Positions 55,462 through 64,000 of a stretch of 64,000 nucleotides of DNA are shown here, piece after piece (the stretch's first letter is position 1; every line of letters begins with the position of its first letter). This DNA comes from an uncultured Bacilli bacterium (GTDB taxonomy: Bacteria; Bacillota_I; Bacilli_A; RF39; UBA660). The stretch spans positions 119,833-183,832 of the forward strand of contig CAKPRZ010000001.1 of NCBI GenBank assembly GCA_934183165.1, written 5' to 3'. The notes below the pieces were generated by a model. That model did no database searches and was not told the DNA's origin. It saw only the letters and a list, made by a program, of their open reading frames with translations. The translations under genes were made by a program, and so were the position numbers.

Positions 55462-56721
55462 TTATTGAGCCCCCTTAAGTAAATAAACAGTATCTACATG
55501 AATTTTAGATGCAACACGTTTTATATCTTCATATGTAACACTTTGTATTTTTTCTTTTCTCTTATCAATACTATCATAATTTAATATTTCCATTGAGTAA
55601 TAAGATGAAATGATTTGAAAAGGATTTTCTTGTTGTTCATCTAACATAGCTAAATATTGAACAGTAGCTTTATCAATATCATTTTGATCAAATTTACCCT
55701 TTTCCATATCCACTAAAGATTTTTTTATTAATGTTGTAGCTTTTTCAAAGTTTTCAGAATTAATACCCGATGTAATAAATAATATGTTATCAAGTTTATT
55801 AGCGGATGATGAAACATAGTAACACAAAGAATTTTTTTCTCTTACTTCTCTAAATAATTTAGAATCGCTTCCTCCACCCAAAATCATACTATAAAGAGGT
55901 AAAACGTAATTCCTTTCAAACTCTGTTATATCTTTAATTTTACAACCAATGCTTAATTTAGATTGTGAAATATGAGCTTCCTCCACTACCTCTTTAGGTT
56001 TTCTTCTAAATGAATCATGATATGTAATAAAATCATTTTTAGGCATTTTTATTGTACTAAATTTAAATGCTTCATTTATTATTTTTTTGGTTTCGTTAAT
56101 ATCAATATCTCCCAAAACATATATATCAATTTTACTTTTATTAATTACTTCTTTATAGTATTCATATAAATTGCTAGGAGTTATTTTTTCTAAATCTTCA
56201 AAATATCCAAAGCCATGATATGAATATACTTCATCTTTGCCCATATTTTCTAACATTCTAATTAAACTAAGTTTTCTTGTGTTTTCTTTAACACTATCAA
56301 TTTGTGTTTTAGTAATATCTTTTATAACATTAAATGAGTTAATATCAAAAGTATTATTACTTACATTAGGATTAAACACAATTTCTTTTAGAAAATCTAT
56401 GCTTTCTCTAAACATGTTATCCTCAGTATACTTTTCGTTCAAGAATGATGCATTAATTTCCATATTATATAGTTTACCTATACGATAACAATTAGAAAAA
56501 GCATTCATAGCGTACAAATCTTGTAGTTTAACACTGTATTCTTTTTTAGTTGGATATTTCTTTGTAGAATAAGTAAGAATATCTGCTAAAAAGTTTTTGA
56601 TTGTTATTTGTTCTTTTTTTACAAATGAACTAAATACTATTTTTACATTTACAGTTTTAAATTTATTAGTTTTAATCATATGCAACTTATAAGATAAAAA
56701 ATCTTCTTCATAATATTTCAT
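55462..56721 (-). CDS. M16-family peptidase-like subunit lacking HxxEH (non-catalytic partner)
   Basis: Same fold and size (419 aa), no HxxEH motif. Adjacent to the active paralog, as in YmfF/YmfH- or AlbE/AlbF-type pairs. Confidence 0.6.
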   Translation of the reverse strand: MKYYEEDFLSYKLHMIKTNKFKTVNVKIVFSSFVKKEQITIKNFLADILTYSTKKYPTKKEYSVKLQDLYAMNAFSNCYRIGKLYNMEINASFLNEKYTEDNMFRESIDFLKEIVFNPNVSNNTFDINSFNVIKDITKTQIDSVKENTRKLSLIRMLENMGKDEVYSYHGFGYFEDLEKITPSNLYEYYKEVINKSKIDIYVLGDIDINETKKIINEAFKFSTIKMPKNDFITYHDSFRRKPKEVVEEAHISQSKLSIGCKIKDITEFERNYVLPLYSMILGGGSDSKLFREVREKNSLCYYVSSSANKLDNILFITSGINSENFEKATTLIKKSLVDMEKGKFDQNDIDKATVQYLAMLDEQQENPFQIISSYYSMEILNYDSIDKRKEKIQSVTYEDIKRVASKIHVDTVYLLKGAQ

Positions 56722-56772
56722 AGTTCACCTACCCTTTATTATTTATTATAATCTTTTTGATAATTTTTATAA

Positions 56773-57480
56773 TTAAATTGTATCAAGTGCAATCTCAATC
56801 ATTGATGTTAATGCAACTTCTCTACTTTTACTATCAACTATTTCAGTTGTACATTTTGAGTCCACTACAGTAAGTAAGCAAGCTGCTTTTTTATTTAGAA
56901 CTTTGGCAATATAGAAAAGTGCAAAGCTTTCCATTTCTGTTGCTAAAATAGTCAAATCATCAGGAACTCTATTCATAATAGCTCGCCAATCAACATATGG
57001 ATCAAAAACATCACAAGTCATAACAGTTCCTTTTAATAATTTGATATTTTTTTCTAATGCTGTTTTTTCTAGTGCTTCAGTTAATTCTTTATCAGCACTT
57101 TCTAAATATTTCTTTTCTTTATTAAAGATAAAAGCGTAATTAGACTCTGTATAACTTTCAGTAACTAATATTGTATCCAATAACTTTACTTCTTCAAGTG
57201 CAGTTCCGCAAGAACCCAAACGAATTATTTTTTCAACATCATAAAATTTAAATAGTTCATAAAAATAAATCCCAGCTCCAGGCATTCCCATACCATGCCC
57301 CATTACCGTAACTCTTTTACCTTTGTAGTATCCAGTATAAGCATACATACCTCTTACTTTATTAACAAGTTTATAATCATCAAGATATTCTTCAGCAATA
57401 AATTTAGCTCGTAATGGATCTCCTGATGCAATTACAGTTTTAGCAATATCATCTTTTTTAGCTTCTATGTGTGGTGTCAT
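56773..57480 (-). CDS. deoD: Purine nucleoside phosphorylase, DeoD type (PNP/UDP family)
   Basis: 235 aa; MTPHIEAKKDDIAKTVIASGDPLRAKFIAE N-terminus and an EMES-type C-terminal block typical of DeoD. Confidence 0.8.
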   Translation of the reverse strand: MTPHIEAKKDDIAKTVIASGDPLRAKFIAEEYLDDYKLVNKVRGMYAYTGYYKGKRVTVMGHGMGMPGAGIYFYELFKFYDVEKIIRLGSCGTALEEVKLLDTILVTESYTESNYAFIFNKEKKYLESADKELTEALEKTALEKNIKLLKGTVMTCDVFDPYVDWRAIMNRVPDDLTILATEMESFALFYIAKVLNKKAACLLTVVDSKCTTEIVDSKSREVALTSMIEIALDTI

Positions 57481-57598
57481 TTCAATTCCTCTTTTCCTTT
57501 TTATTATGATAACAGTTTAACATATTTATACTAAGATAAACAGTATTGGAAGTTAACTTTTACTTTACTTTACATTAAAAAGGAAGAATAAATATTTC

Positions 57599-59860
57599 TT
57601 ATTCTTCGTCATTGTTTTCTAATTTTACTAATACTTCACGTGGCTTAGAACCATTTTGAGGCCCAATTATCCCTCTTTCTTCAAGTAAATCTACTATTCT
57701 AGCTGCACGGTTATATCCTAGTTTAAATCTTCTTTGTAATAATGATGCGCTAGCTTTGCCTTGAGTTATGACAAATTCAACAATATCATTGTATAGTGGA
57801 TCATCATACTCTTCTTCTACTTCTCTAACACTGCCTCCAGCATTTCCTTGTTCTTTGGCAACGCTAGTCAAATCCATAAAACGTTCATCGTACATTGCCT
57901 TTTGTTGTGAAACAGTATAGTTAACTATTTTTTCTAGTTCTTCATCTGATACATATGCACCTTGAACACGTTCAGGAGCATTTTCACCCATTGGTAAGAA
58001 CAACATATCACCACGTCCAAGAAGTTTTTCAGCTCCACCCATATCAAGGATTGTACGTGAATCAATACTACTTGATACCGCAAAAGATATACGCGATGGA
58101 ATATTGGCTTTTACAACACCCGTAATTACATCAGTTGATGGTCTTTGTGTTGCAATTATCAAGTGAATTCCAGCAGCACGTGCCATTTGTGTAATTCTCA
58201 TAATTGAATCTTCAACTTCTTTTGACGCAACTAACATCAAATCAGCAAGTTCATCTACAATTACAACAATATAATGCATCTTTTTTATTTTGGCATCTTC
58301 TGGCAACTTAGCATTTTCTTTTTCTACCCAATCATTGTAAGTTGCAATGTTTTTTACATTTTTCTCACTAAATAAATCATATCTAAGTTCCATCTCATGA
58401 ACAATTTTTTGTAAAGCAACACTGGCTTTTTTAGGATCAGTTACAACTGGCATCATTAAATGAGGAATACCATTATACATTGATAATTCAACCTTTTTAG
58501 GGTCAACCATTACAAGTTTTACCTCATCAGGTTTAGTTCTCATCAAAATAGAAGAAATAATGCAGTTTATACAAACTGATTTACCACTTCCTGTAGCTCC
58601 TGCTACTAATAAATGTGGTGTTTTATCAATTTCAGCAAAAACACTTTTACCCATAATATTCTTTCCAAGAGCTACTAAAAGCTTACTATTAGCTTTATTT
58701 TGTGGTATTGCTTCTAATATTTCCCTTAGTGATACAGGTTTAATCTCGTCATTAGCAATCTCTATACCAACAGTACTTTTACCAGGAATAGGTGCTTGAA
58801 TACGTACATCTTTTTTTGCTAACGCTAAAGATATTTCTCTATTAATACTTAATATTTTATTTAATTTAGTACCACTTTGGACTTCAAGTTCATATTGAGT
58901 AACACTAGGACCACTATTTACTTCAACAACTTTGGCAGTAATTCCAAAGTCTCTTAAAACATTTTCAAGTAAGACTATATTTTTTTCTATAGTAGCTTGA
59001 TTATTATTATTTTTAACTTTTTTAGCTGGAGTTAACAGACTTATAGGTGGAAGTTTATAATTTTTGTTTTGTACAGCTGTATCACTTACGCCACCTTCTT
59101 TGGTTTCAATATTAGATTTTTCTATATTATGTGCAAGTTCATCAATACTTGAGATTACTAATTTTTTATCTGGTTCTTCTGATACTTCACCACTATCATT
59201 GTTATCATTAATAATAACAGTTTTTTCCTTAACCTTTTCAGTATGTTCTTTATGTTTTGGCAATATTTCTTTACCTTTTCTATATCCATCACGAATAAAA
59301 TCAAATATAGATACACCAGTAAATAATCCAACCCCGGTTACTATAAGGACAATTGAAACAATTTTAGTTCCTGATGCATCAAATAATTTATTGAAAAGAA
59401 TCGCAAATAAACATCCAATAATTCCACCACCACTTGAATTAAACTTATTACCATCCATAATAGCGTTGAAGTTATTGATCAAATCACTTATTGTTTCTTT
59501 AAAGGTAGTAGCGACATCCCCATCATTTATCGAAACATAATTAAGATGAGAATAAACTAAAATACCTATTAAGATTATATAAATCCCTATCAAATGTGAA
59601 TTAAAAAATTTAGGCTTTTGTCTATTAATAATCATATATAAACCAATCAAAAAAATTCCTATCATAAAAACAATATTCCATGTTCCAAATAAGAATACTG
59701 AAAATGATTTAACTAATTTTCCAACAATACCTAGTGGAGAATTAAGTCCAATTCCCAAGATTGCTAATAGAATAAAGCAAACTCCATAAAGCTCATTTGT
59801 ATATGCAAACTTTTTAGTTTTATCTTCTTTTCTCTTTTTCTTTTTTGCCAAGTAAACCAC
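57599..59860 (-). CDS. ftsK: FtsK/SpoIIIE-family DNA translocase
   Basis: N-terminal TM domain, linker, motor domain with GATGSGKSV Walker A, C-terminal gamma winged-helix (RRFKLGYNRAARIVDLLEE). Confidence 0.9.
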   Translation of the reverse strand: MVYLAKKKKRKEDKTKKFAYTNELYGVCFILLAILGIGLNSPLGIVGKLVKSFSVFLFGTWNIVFMIGIFLIGLYMIINRQKPKFFNSHLIGIYIILIGILVYSHLNYVSINDGDVATTFKETISDLINNFNAIMDGNKFNSSGGGIIGCLFAILFNKLFDASGTKIVSIVLIVTGVGLFTGVSIFDFIRDGYRKGKEILPKHKEHTEKVKEKTVIINDNNDSGEVSEEPDKKLVISSIDELAHNIEKSNIETKEGGVSDTAVQNKNYKLPPISLLTPAKKVKNNNNQATIEKNIVLLENVLRDFGITAKVVEVNSGPSVTQYELEVQSGTKLNKILSINREISLALAKKDVRIQAPIPGKSTVGIEIANDEIKPVSLREILEAIPQNKANSKLLVALGKNIMGKSVFAEIDKTPHLLVAGATGSGKSVCINCIISSILMRTKPDEVKLVMVDPKKVELSMYNGIPHLMMPVVTDPKKASVALQKIVHEMELRYDLFSEKNVKNIATYNDWVEKENAKLPEDAKIKKMHYIVVIVDELADLMLVASKEVEDSIMRITQMARAAGIHLIIATQRPSTDVITGVVKANIPSRISFAVSSSIDSRTILDMGGAEKLLGRGDMLFLPMGENAPERVQGAYVSDEELEKIVNYTVSQQKAMYDERFMDLTSVAKEQGNAGGSVREVEEEYDDPLYNDIVEFVITQGKASASLLQRRFKLGYNRAARIVDLLEERGIIGPQNGSKPREVLVKLENNDEE

Positions 59861-59887
59861 CTCATTATATATTTAATTATATAGTAA

Positions 59888-59914
59888 AAGAAAAAAAAAG
59901 TCACTAGGACTTTT
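59888..59914 (-). terminator. Rho-independent terminator after ftsZ
   Basis: On the minus strand: aagtc-ctagt-gactt followed by T9. Confidence 0.55.
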
Positions 59915-59920
59915 GATTTA

Positions 59921-61018
59921 TTAATAATTTCTTCTCATAAATGGTGGATATTCATATTCCCCATCATTATCTGAATCATCATCATCGTCGACATTGATTA
60001 CTTCTTGTTCTCTATTTCTTCTTGTATTTACACCAGATTGAACATTATTGTAAAGTGGTTCTCTATTTGCTTTATCAAATCCAGTTGCAATTACAGTAAC
60101 GATTACTTCATCAGTTAAATTCTCATTAATTACTGAACCAAAAATTGTATTAATATCAGTGTTGGCAGCAGCACGAACAACTTCTGCAGCTTGTTCTGCT
60201 TCAAATAATGTTAAGTTCAATCCACCCGTAATATTGATAATAGCATCTGTTGCTCCTGAGATACTTGTTTCAAGTAAAGGAGATGAAACCGCTTGTTTAG
60301 CAGCTTCAATAGCACGTTCTTCACCCATACCAATACCAATACCAATAATAGCATTACCTGATTTTTCCATAACAGCTTTAACATCTGCAAAATCAAGGTT
60401 AACCAAACCTACAACAGCAATCAAATCAGATATTGATTGAACACCACGACGTAATACATTATCTACTTCTTTAAATGCTTCAAGCATTGGTGTAGATTTA
60501 TCAATAATTTCTCTTAATCTATCATTTGGAATAACAATTAAAGTATCTACATGTTTCTTTAATTCTTCTAGACCAGCTAGGGCGTTTTCCATTCTCTTTC
60601 TACCTTCAAAAGTAAATGGTTTAGTAACTATAGCAACAGTCAATGCTCCAAGAGCTTGTGCTATTTCAGCAACAACTGGTGCTGCACCAGAACCAGTTCC
60701 TCCACCCATTCCACATGTAATGAATACCATATCAGCGCCACTTAAAGCCTCTTCAATTTCTTTCTTTGATTCAACTGCTGCCTCTCTACCAATTTCCGGT
60801 TTAGCTCCAGCACCAAGTCCATCAGTAAGGCTTGCACCAATTTGTATTTTTTTATCAGCTTGCGAATTATTTAAAACTTGTAAATCGGTATTAGCAACGA
60901 TAAATTCTACTCCTTTAACCCCTGACTCTATCATACGATTAACAGCGTTTCCACCGCCACCACCAATACCTATTACTTTTATTTTTGCTAATTGATCCAT
61001 TTCTAGTCCGCCAAACAT
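59921..61018 (-). CDS. ftsZ: Cell division GTPase FtsZ
   Basis: [11 protein letters not shown] tubulin signature and NTDAQ-like T7 region; 365 aa. Confidence 0.95.
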   Translation of the reverse strand: MFGGLEMDQLAKIKVIGIGGGGGNAVNRMIESGVKGVEFIVANTDLQVLNNSQADKKIQIGASLTDGLGAGAKPEIGREAAVESKKEIEEALSGADMVFITCGMGGGTGSGAAPVVAEIAQALGALTVAIVTKPFTFEGRKRMENALAGLEELKKHVDTLIVIPNDRLREIIDKSTPMLEAFKEVDNVLRRGVQSISDLIAVVGLVNLDFADVKAVMEKSGNAIIGIGIGMGEERAIEAAKQAVSSPLLETSISGATDAIINITGGLNLTLFEAEQAAEVVRAAANTDINTIFGSVINENLTDEVIVTVIATGFDKANREPLYNNVQSGVNTRRNREQEVINVDDDDDSDNDGEYEYPPFMRRNY

Positions 61019-61029
61019 ATATTTCCTCC

Positions 61030-62271
61030 TTAGTTATTAGTAAAATAATCAAATATTTTACCTACGATTGTATCATTATTTACATTTAACAAATTCTTCT
61101 TATTATCCATCATCATATCATCTAGTTTTGATTCATCAAACATTGAATAATTTATATCTCTCAACTTTAATTTTTCATGGAAATATTTAATAATTCCCAT
61201 AGCTGTTGAGTATTTGTTGCTTCTAATTCCTAAAGTAGTAATATTAAGAGTAGATGCTGTGATTCCTAAAACATTTTCTACTACATATCCAAAACCCGTC
61301 AATTCTGTTATACCACCTGTAACAATTATATAACTAATTTTGCGGTTTGTTAAGTTATTTATGCTTTTTTTAGCAAGTTTTAATAACTCACCAACCCTTG
61401 CTTCAACTATTTCTGATAATTCATATTGATTAATTCTAACTGATTCATCTGATACTTTTAAATCAATTATATCATTACTATCAGCATATTTTCTACTGCA
61501 AACTGAAAAATTTTCTTTTAATTCCCTAGATGTTTCTATATCAACACCATATATGTAAGAAATATCTTTATCAATATTTTTGCTACCTAAATTAATTATA
61601 TCATCTTTTATAATTATACCTTTGTTAAATATAGAAATGCTTGTTGTTTCACTTCCTATATTAATAATAGCTCCTAGTTCTTTTTCGGTGTCACGTCCTC
61701 TTGCTTCATAATAATCACCTATCGTTTTAAAAGTAACATCTTTAGCTTCAATACCACAATGCTTGCACACTTCTAAAACACTAAATAGATTTTCTCTTGG
61801 AATAGTTACAATAACTGCTTTAACACCAAGTTTTTCTCCTCTTTTACCCTTAGGATCAATAATATTAACATTATTATCAATACTAAAAACTATAGGTATC
61901 GTTGTAACCAGTTCATAATCATCATCTATTTTATCCACAATAGCACTACTTAAACAATTAACAACATCTTCGCCTGTAACAATTCCACCAAGTATATCAC
62001 AGCTTCCTTCTGCAACACTTAATTTTCTATCATTTGAAGGAACTGTCACAACAGCTTCTTCTATTCGTAATCCTATTGTAGATTCAATTTCTGATATTGC
62101 TTTTTTTAAAGATGCAACAACTGAAGGCTTATCAACAATAATACCTTTTCTAGTTCCATTATTTGGAACACTAGTAGATGCTAGAACATGAAACTTATTG
62201 TTAAAAATTTCACTAACAACAACTTTTATACTATCACTACCAATATCTATTCCAGTATAAATTTTTCTCAT
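61030..62271 (-). CDS. ftsA: Cell division protein FtsA
   Basis: Actin-fold ATPase ([18 protein letters not shown]...), 413 aa, immediately upstream of ftsZ. Confidence 0.9.
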   Translation of the reverse strand: MRKIYTGIDIGSDSIKVVVSEIFNNKFHVLASTSVPNNGTRKGIIVDKPSVVASLKKAISEIESTIGLRIEEAVVTVPSNDRKLSVAEGSCDILGGIVTGEDVVNCLSSAIVDKIDDDYELVTTIPIVFSIDNNVNIIDPKGKRGEKLGVKAVIVTIPRENLFSVLEVCKHCGIEAKDVTFKTIGDYYEARGRDTEKELGAIINIGSETTSISIFNKGIIIKDDIINLGSKNIDKDISYIYGVDIETSRELKENFSVCSRKYADSNDIIDLKVSDESVRINQYELSEIVEARVGELLKLAKKSINNLTNRKISYIIVTGGITELTGFGYVVENVLGITASTLNITTLGIRSNKYSTAMGIIKYFHEKLKLRDINYSMFDESKLDDMMMDNKKNLLNVNNDTIVGKIFDYFTNN

Positions 62272-62365
62272 ATCATCCTCTCCTAGTTTCCAGTATATAT
62301 ATACATTATACTATAATTATGAATTATTTCAAATATTATTTGTATGAAAAAAATAGGAAATATTC

Positions 62366-63064
62366 CTATTTATTTTCTTTATACATATCTAAGTTAACTC
62401 CACTTATTTTATTATATCCAAAGTATGATGCATATACGGTTAATTTATCAAATGTATAATGTACTTGATATACATATCCTTCTTCACTTACTAGTATCTT
62501 ACATTCTGCATCATTTTCTGTTTGATAATTTATATCTGTCTCTTTTAATATATCGTTTATTATACTTTTATCTACTTTTCCTTTATAAACTTTGTATTTC
62601 TTTTCTCCTATTGTCTCTTCTTTTTCTTCTTTTAAATTCCCTACTTTCTTTACTCCACTTAAATATATATCGGTATTCTCATATATTACTTTATCTACTT
62701 CTTTTAATTCTTTATTTACTATTTGATATGATTTCTTATCTTTTATTATATATTCTTCTAGTTCTTTTCCTTGTTCTTTCGTTGTATCTGTTACTTGGAT
62801 ATTCTTTTCATTATTTTGGTAATTATTTACCATTATTATTTTATTTACTCTGGTTTTATTTATTTCTCCATAGATTCTTAAATCCATTCGATAACTTTTT
62901 GTCTCTCCTATTTCTGTTTTTGTTGCATTATCTTTTAACTTTGAATCTTTTCCTTTTATTAGAACATATCCTAGTATTAATCCTATGATTAATACTAGAA
63001 TTACTATTAAATTTATCTTTTTATTATCTTTCCTTTTCATTCTTTCCTCCTTAACTTGGATCAT
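62366..63064 (-). CDS. Bitopic membrane protein upstream of ftsA; possible short DivIB/FtsQ-like protein
   Basis: Basic N-terminus, single TM, about 190-aa external domain. Synteny is the only support for the DivIB call. Confidence 0.35.
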   Translation of the reverse strand: MIQVKEERMKRKDNKKINLIVILVLIIGLILGYVLIKGKDSKLKDNATKTEIGETKSYRMDLRIYGEINKTRVNKIIMVNNYQNNEKNIQVTDTTKEQGKELEEYIIKDKKSYQIVNKELKEVDKVIYENTDIYLSGVKKVGNLKEEKEETIGEKKYKVYKGKVDKSIINDILKETDINYQTENDAECKILVSEEGYVYQVHYTFDKLTVYASYFGYNKISGVNLDMYKENK

Positions 63065-64000
63065 ACACTACTGTAGCACTTCCATTCCAATTTGCTCCTA
63101 AAGTTATTCCACTACTATCTGCTTTCTTGATTGTTATTGTTGTAAGATTTGGATTCTTATAAAATACGATTTGACCTATTCCTGTAATTTTTGATGGTAT
63201 AACAACACTTGTTAAGTTGTTTCCTCCAAATGCATAGTCTTCAATTGTTGTTAACTTACTAGTACCATCATCTATGCCCTTAAACTCCAATGAAGTCAAT
63301 ACATTGTCAGCAAAGGCATTATCACCAATTGTTACCACACTTGATGGTATAACAACACTTGTTATTTTATTTGGATTTGAATCATCACTATATTTTCTAA
63401 ATGAAGCATTTCCTATTGTTGTTAATTTGCTTGTATTGTTATCAGCACCTTCAAAGACAACATCAGTCATACCATTATCATTAAAAGCTTCTTCACCAAT
63501 TGTTACCACGTTTTTAGGAATAGTTACACTAGTCAACTGATTTTTTGCAAATGCTTGTGGTCTTATTTCTATAACATTCGAAGAAATTGTTAAATTATTA
63601 ATTTGGTTATGATAGAAAGTTCTATCTCCTATTTCAATTATATTATTTGGAATAGTAACAGTTGTTAATCGATTATAACTTAATCCATCAGCGACTATTC
63701 GTCCAACTTGTGATGGAATTTCAAACTCTGTCAATTGATTATTACTGAAATTACCTATAACTCTTAATTGGCTAGGATTATCACTTGTATTTTCAAATGT
63801 TACGCTTGTCAAAACATTGTTATTAAATCCACCTATATTGGTTACTTTCGCTGGTACCGTCAAATTTTCTAACAAATTATTTGAAAATTCTGATATTTCA
63901 GTAGCATTTTCACCAAATGTAACACTTTGAATTTGATTGTTACTAAATCCGGCAACATTTCTAACATTCGAAGGAATAGTTATATTTCCCGTTATTTGAT
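63051..64000 (-). CDS. BspA-type leucine-rich-repeat (LRR_5) surface protein, C-terminal part; gene continues beyond the window end
   Basis: Repeats of about 23 aa (NQLTSVTIPKNVVTIGEEAF, NVLTSLEFKGIDD...). My translation of 63876-64000 continues the same repeat in frame, so the true start lies outside the window. Confidence 0.7.
   Translation of the reverse strand, partial: QITGNITIPSNVRNVAGFSNNQIQSVTFGENATEISEFSNNLLENLTVPAKVTNIGGFNNNVLTSVTFENTSDNPSQLRVIGNFSNNQLTEFEIPSQVGRIVADGLSYNRLTTVTIPNNIIEIGDRTFYHNQINNLTISSNVIEIRPQAFAKNQLTSVTIPKNVVTIGEEAFNDNGMTDVVFEGADNNTSKLTTIGNASFRKYSDDSNPNKITSVVIPSSVVTIGDNAFADNVLTSLEFKGIDDGTSKLTTIEDYAFGGNNLTSVVIPSKITGIGQIVFYKNPNLTTITIKKADSSGITLGANWNGSATVVYDPS

Noticed and set aside
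59064-59540. Plus-strand ORFs inside ftsK and ftsZ (59064..59540, 60159..60440, 60720..60995)
   Set aside because: They are antisense to strongly recognisable ftsK/ftsZ coding sequence and have low-complexity composition.
62425-62988. 187-aa plus-strand ORF, extremely Leu/Tyr/Phe-rich
   Set aside because: It is the antisense shadow of the Lys/Glu-rich minus-strand gene 62366..63064 (AT-rich codons read backwards). The composition is not protein-like and there is no RBS.
1-64000. CRISPR arrays, rRNA genes, IS elements, integrases or recombinases
   Set aside because: I scanned for short direct-repeat arrays, 16S/23S-like conserved segments and transposase or recombinase motifs (DDE, tyrosine-recombinase R-H-R-Y box regions) and found none. 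The only repeat-like structures are the terminator hairpins and the inverted tRNA fragment.

Overview
This is a very AT-rich, low-GC Firmicutes chromosome segment. The spore-coat genes and the Spo0A-type orphan kinase point to a Clostridia-like spore former. Gene density is high, almost everything is on the minus strand, and I saw no rRNA, CRISPR array, transposase or integrase. I recognise three blocks.

- **1-20.3 kb, accessory/sporulation neighbourhood:** a DedA fragment, tRNA-Gly(UCC) with an inverted partial copy of itself, a DUF2974 lipase-like hydrolase, a beta-helix surface protein, an OmpR/HK pair next to an ABC-F ATPase, a DapB-like amine dehydrogenase, a PAP2 phosphatase, an IscU-like protein, an orphan sporulation-type histidine kinase with a Cys-less EIIB-like neighbour, two paralogous membrane-anchored repeat proteins, and tandem CotY/CotZ/ExsY spore-coat paralogs.
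- **20.3-43 kb, the standout:** a co-directional ~22.7 kb locus of 23 ORFs. It joins a complete Tad/Flp-type pilus module (CpaB, CpaF/TadA, TadB, TadC, two pilin-like genes with identical leaders, TadZ-like pseudo-ATPase) to a Gram-positive conjugation-type T4SS core (VirB2-like proteins, VirB6/TrbL-like, VirB3-like, split VirB4, SpoIID+M23 cell-wall hydrolase, VirD4 coupling protein). The locus opens with a 960-aa cysteine-rich secreted giant and has a divergent thioredoxin-like lipoprotein at its head. No relaxase, integrase or replication gene is present.
- **43.5-64 kb, housekeeping:** a Galf/teichoic-acid glycopolymer module (GT-C-like membrane protein, long UGM, DAG-kinase-like, TagF-like), YebC, a second pilin-less Tad locus (2 TadE-like, CpaE, CpaF, TadB, TadC), an M16 peptidase pair, DeoD, FtsK, FtsZ, FtsA, a DivIB-like protein and a BspA-type LRR protein.

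Coordinates I derived by hand-counting may be off by about 1 nt.
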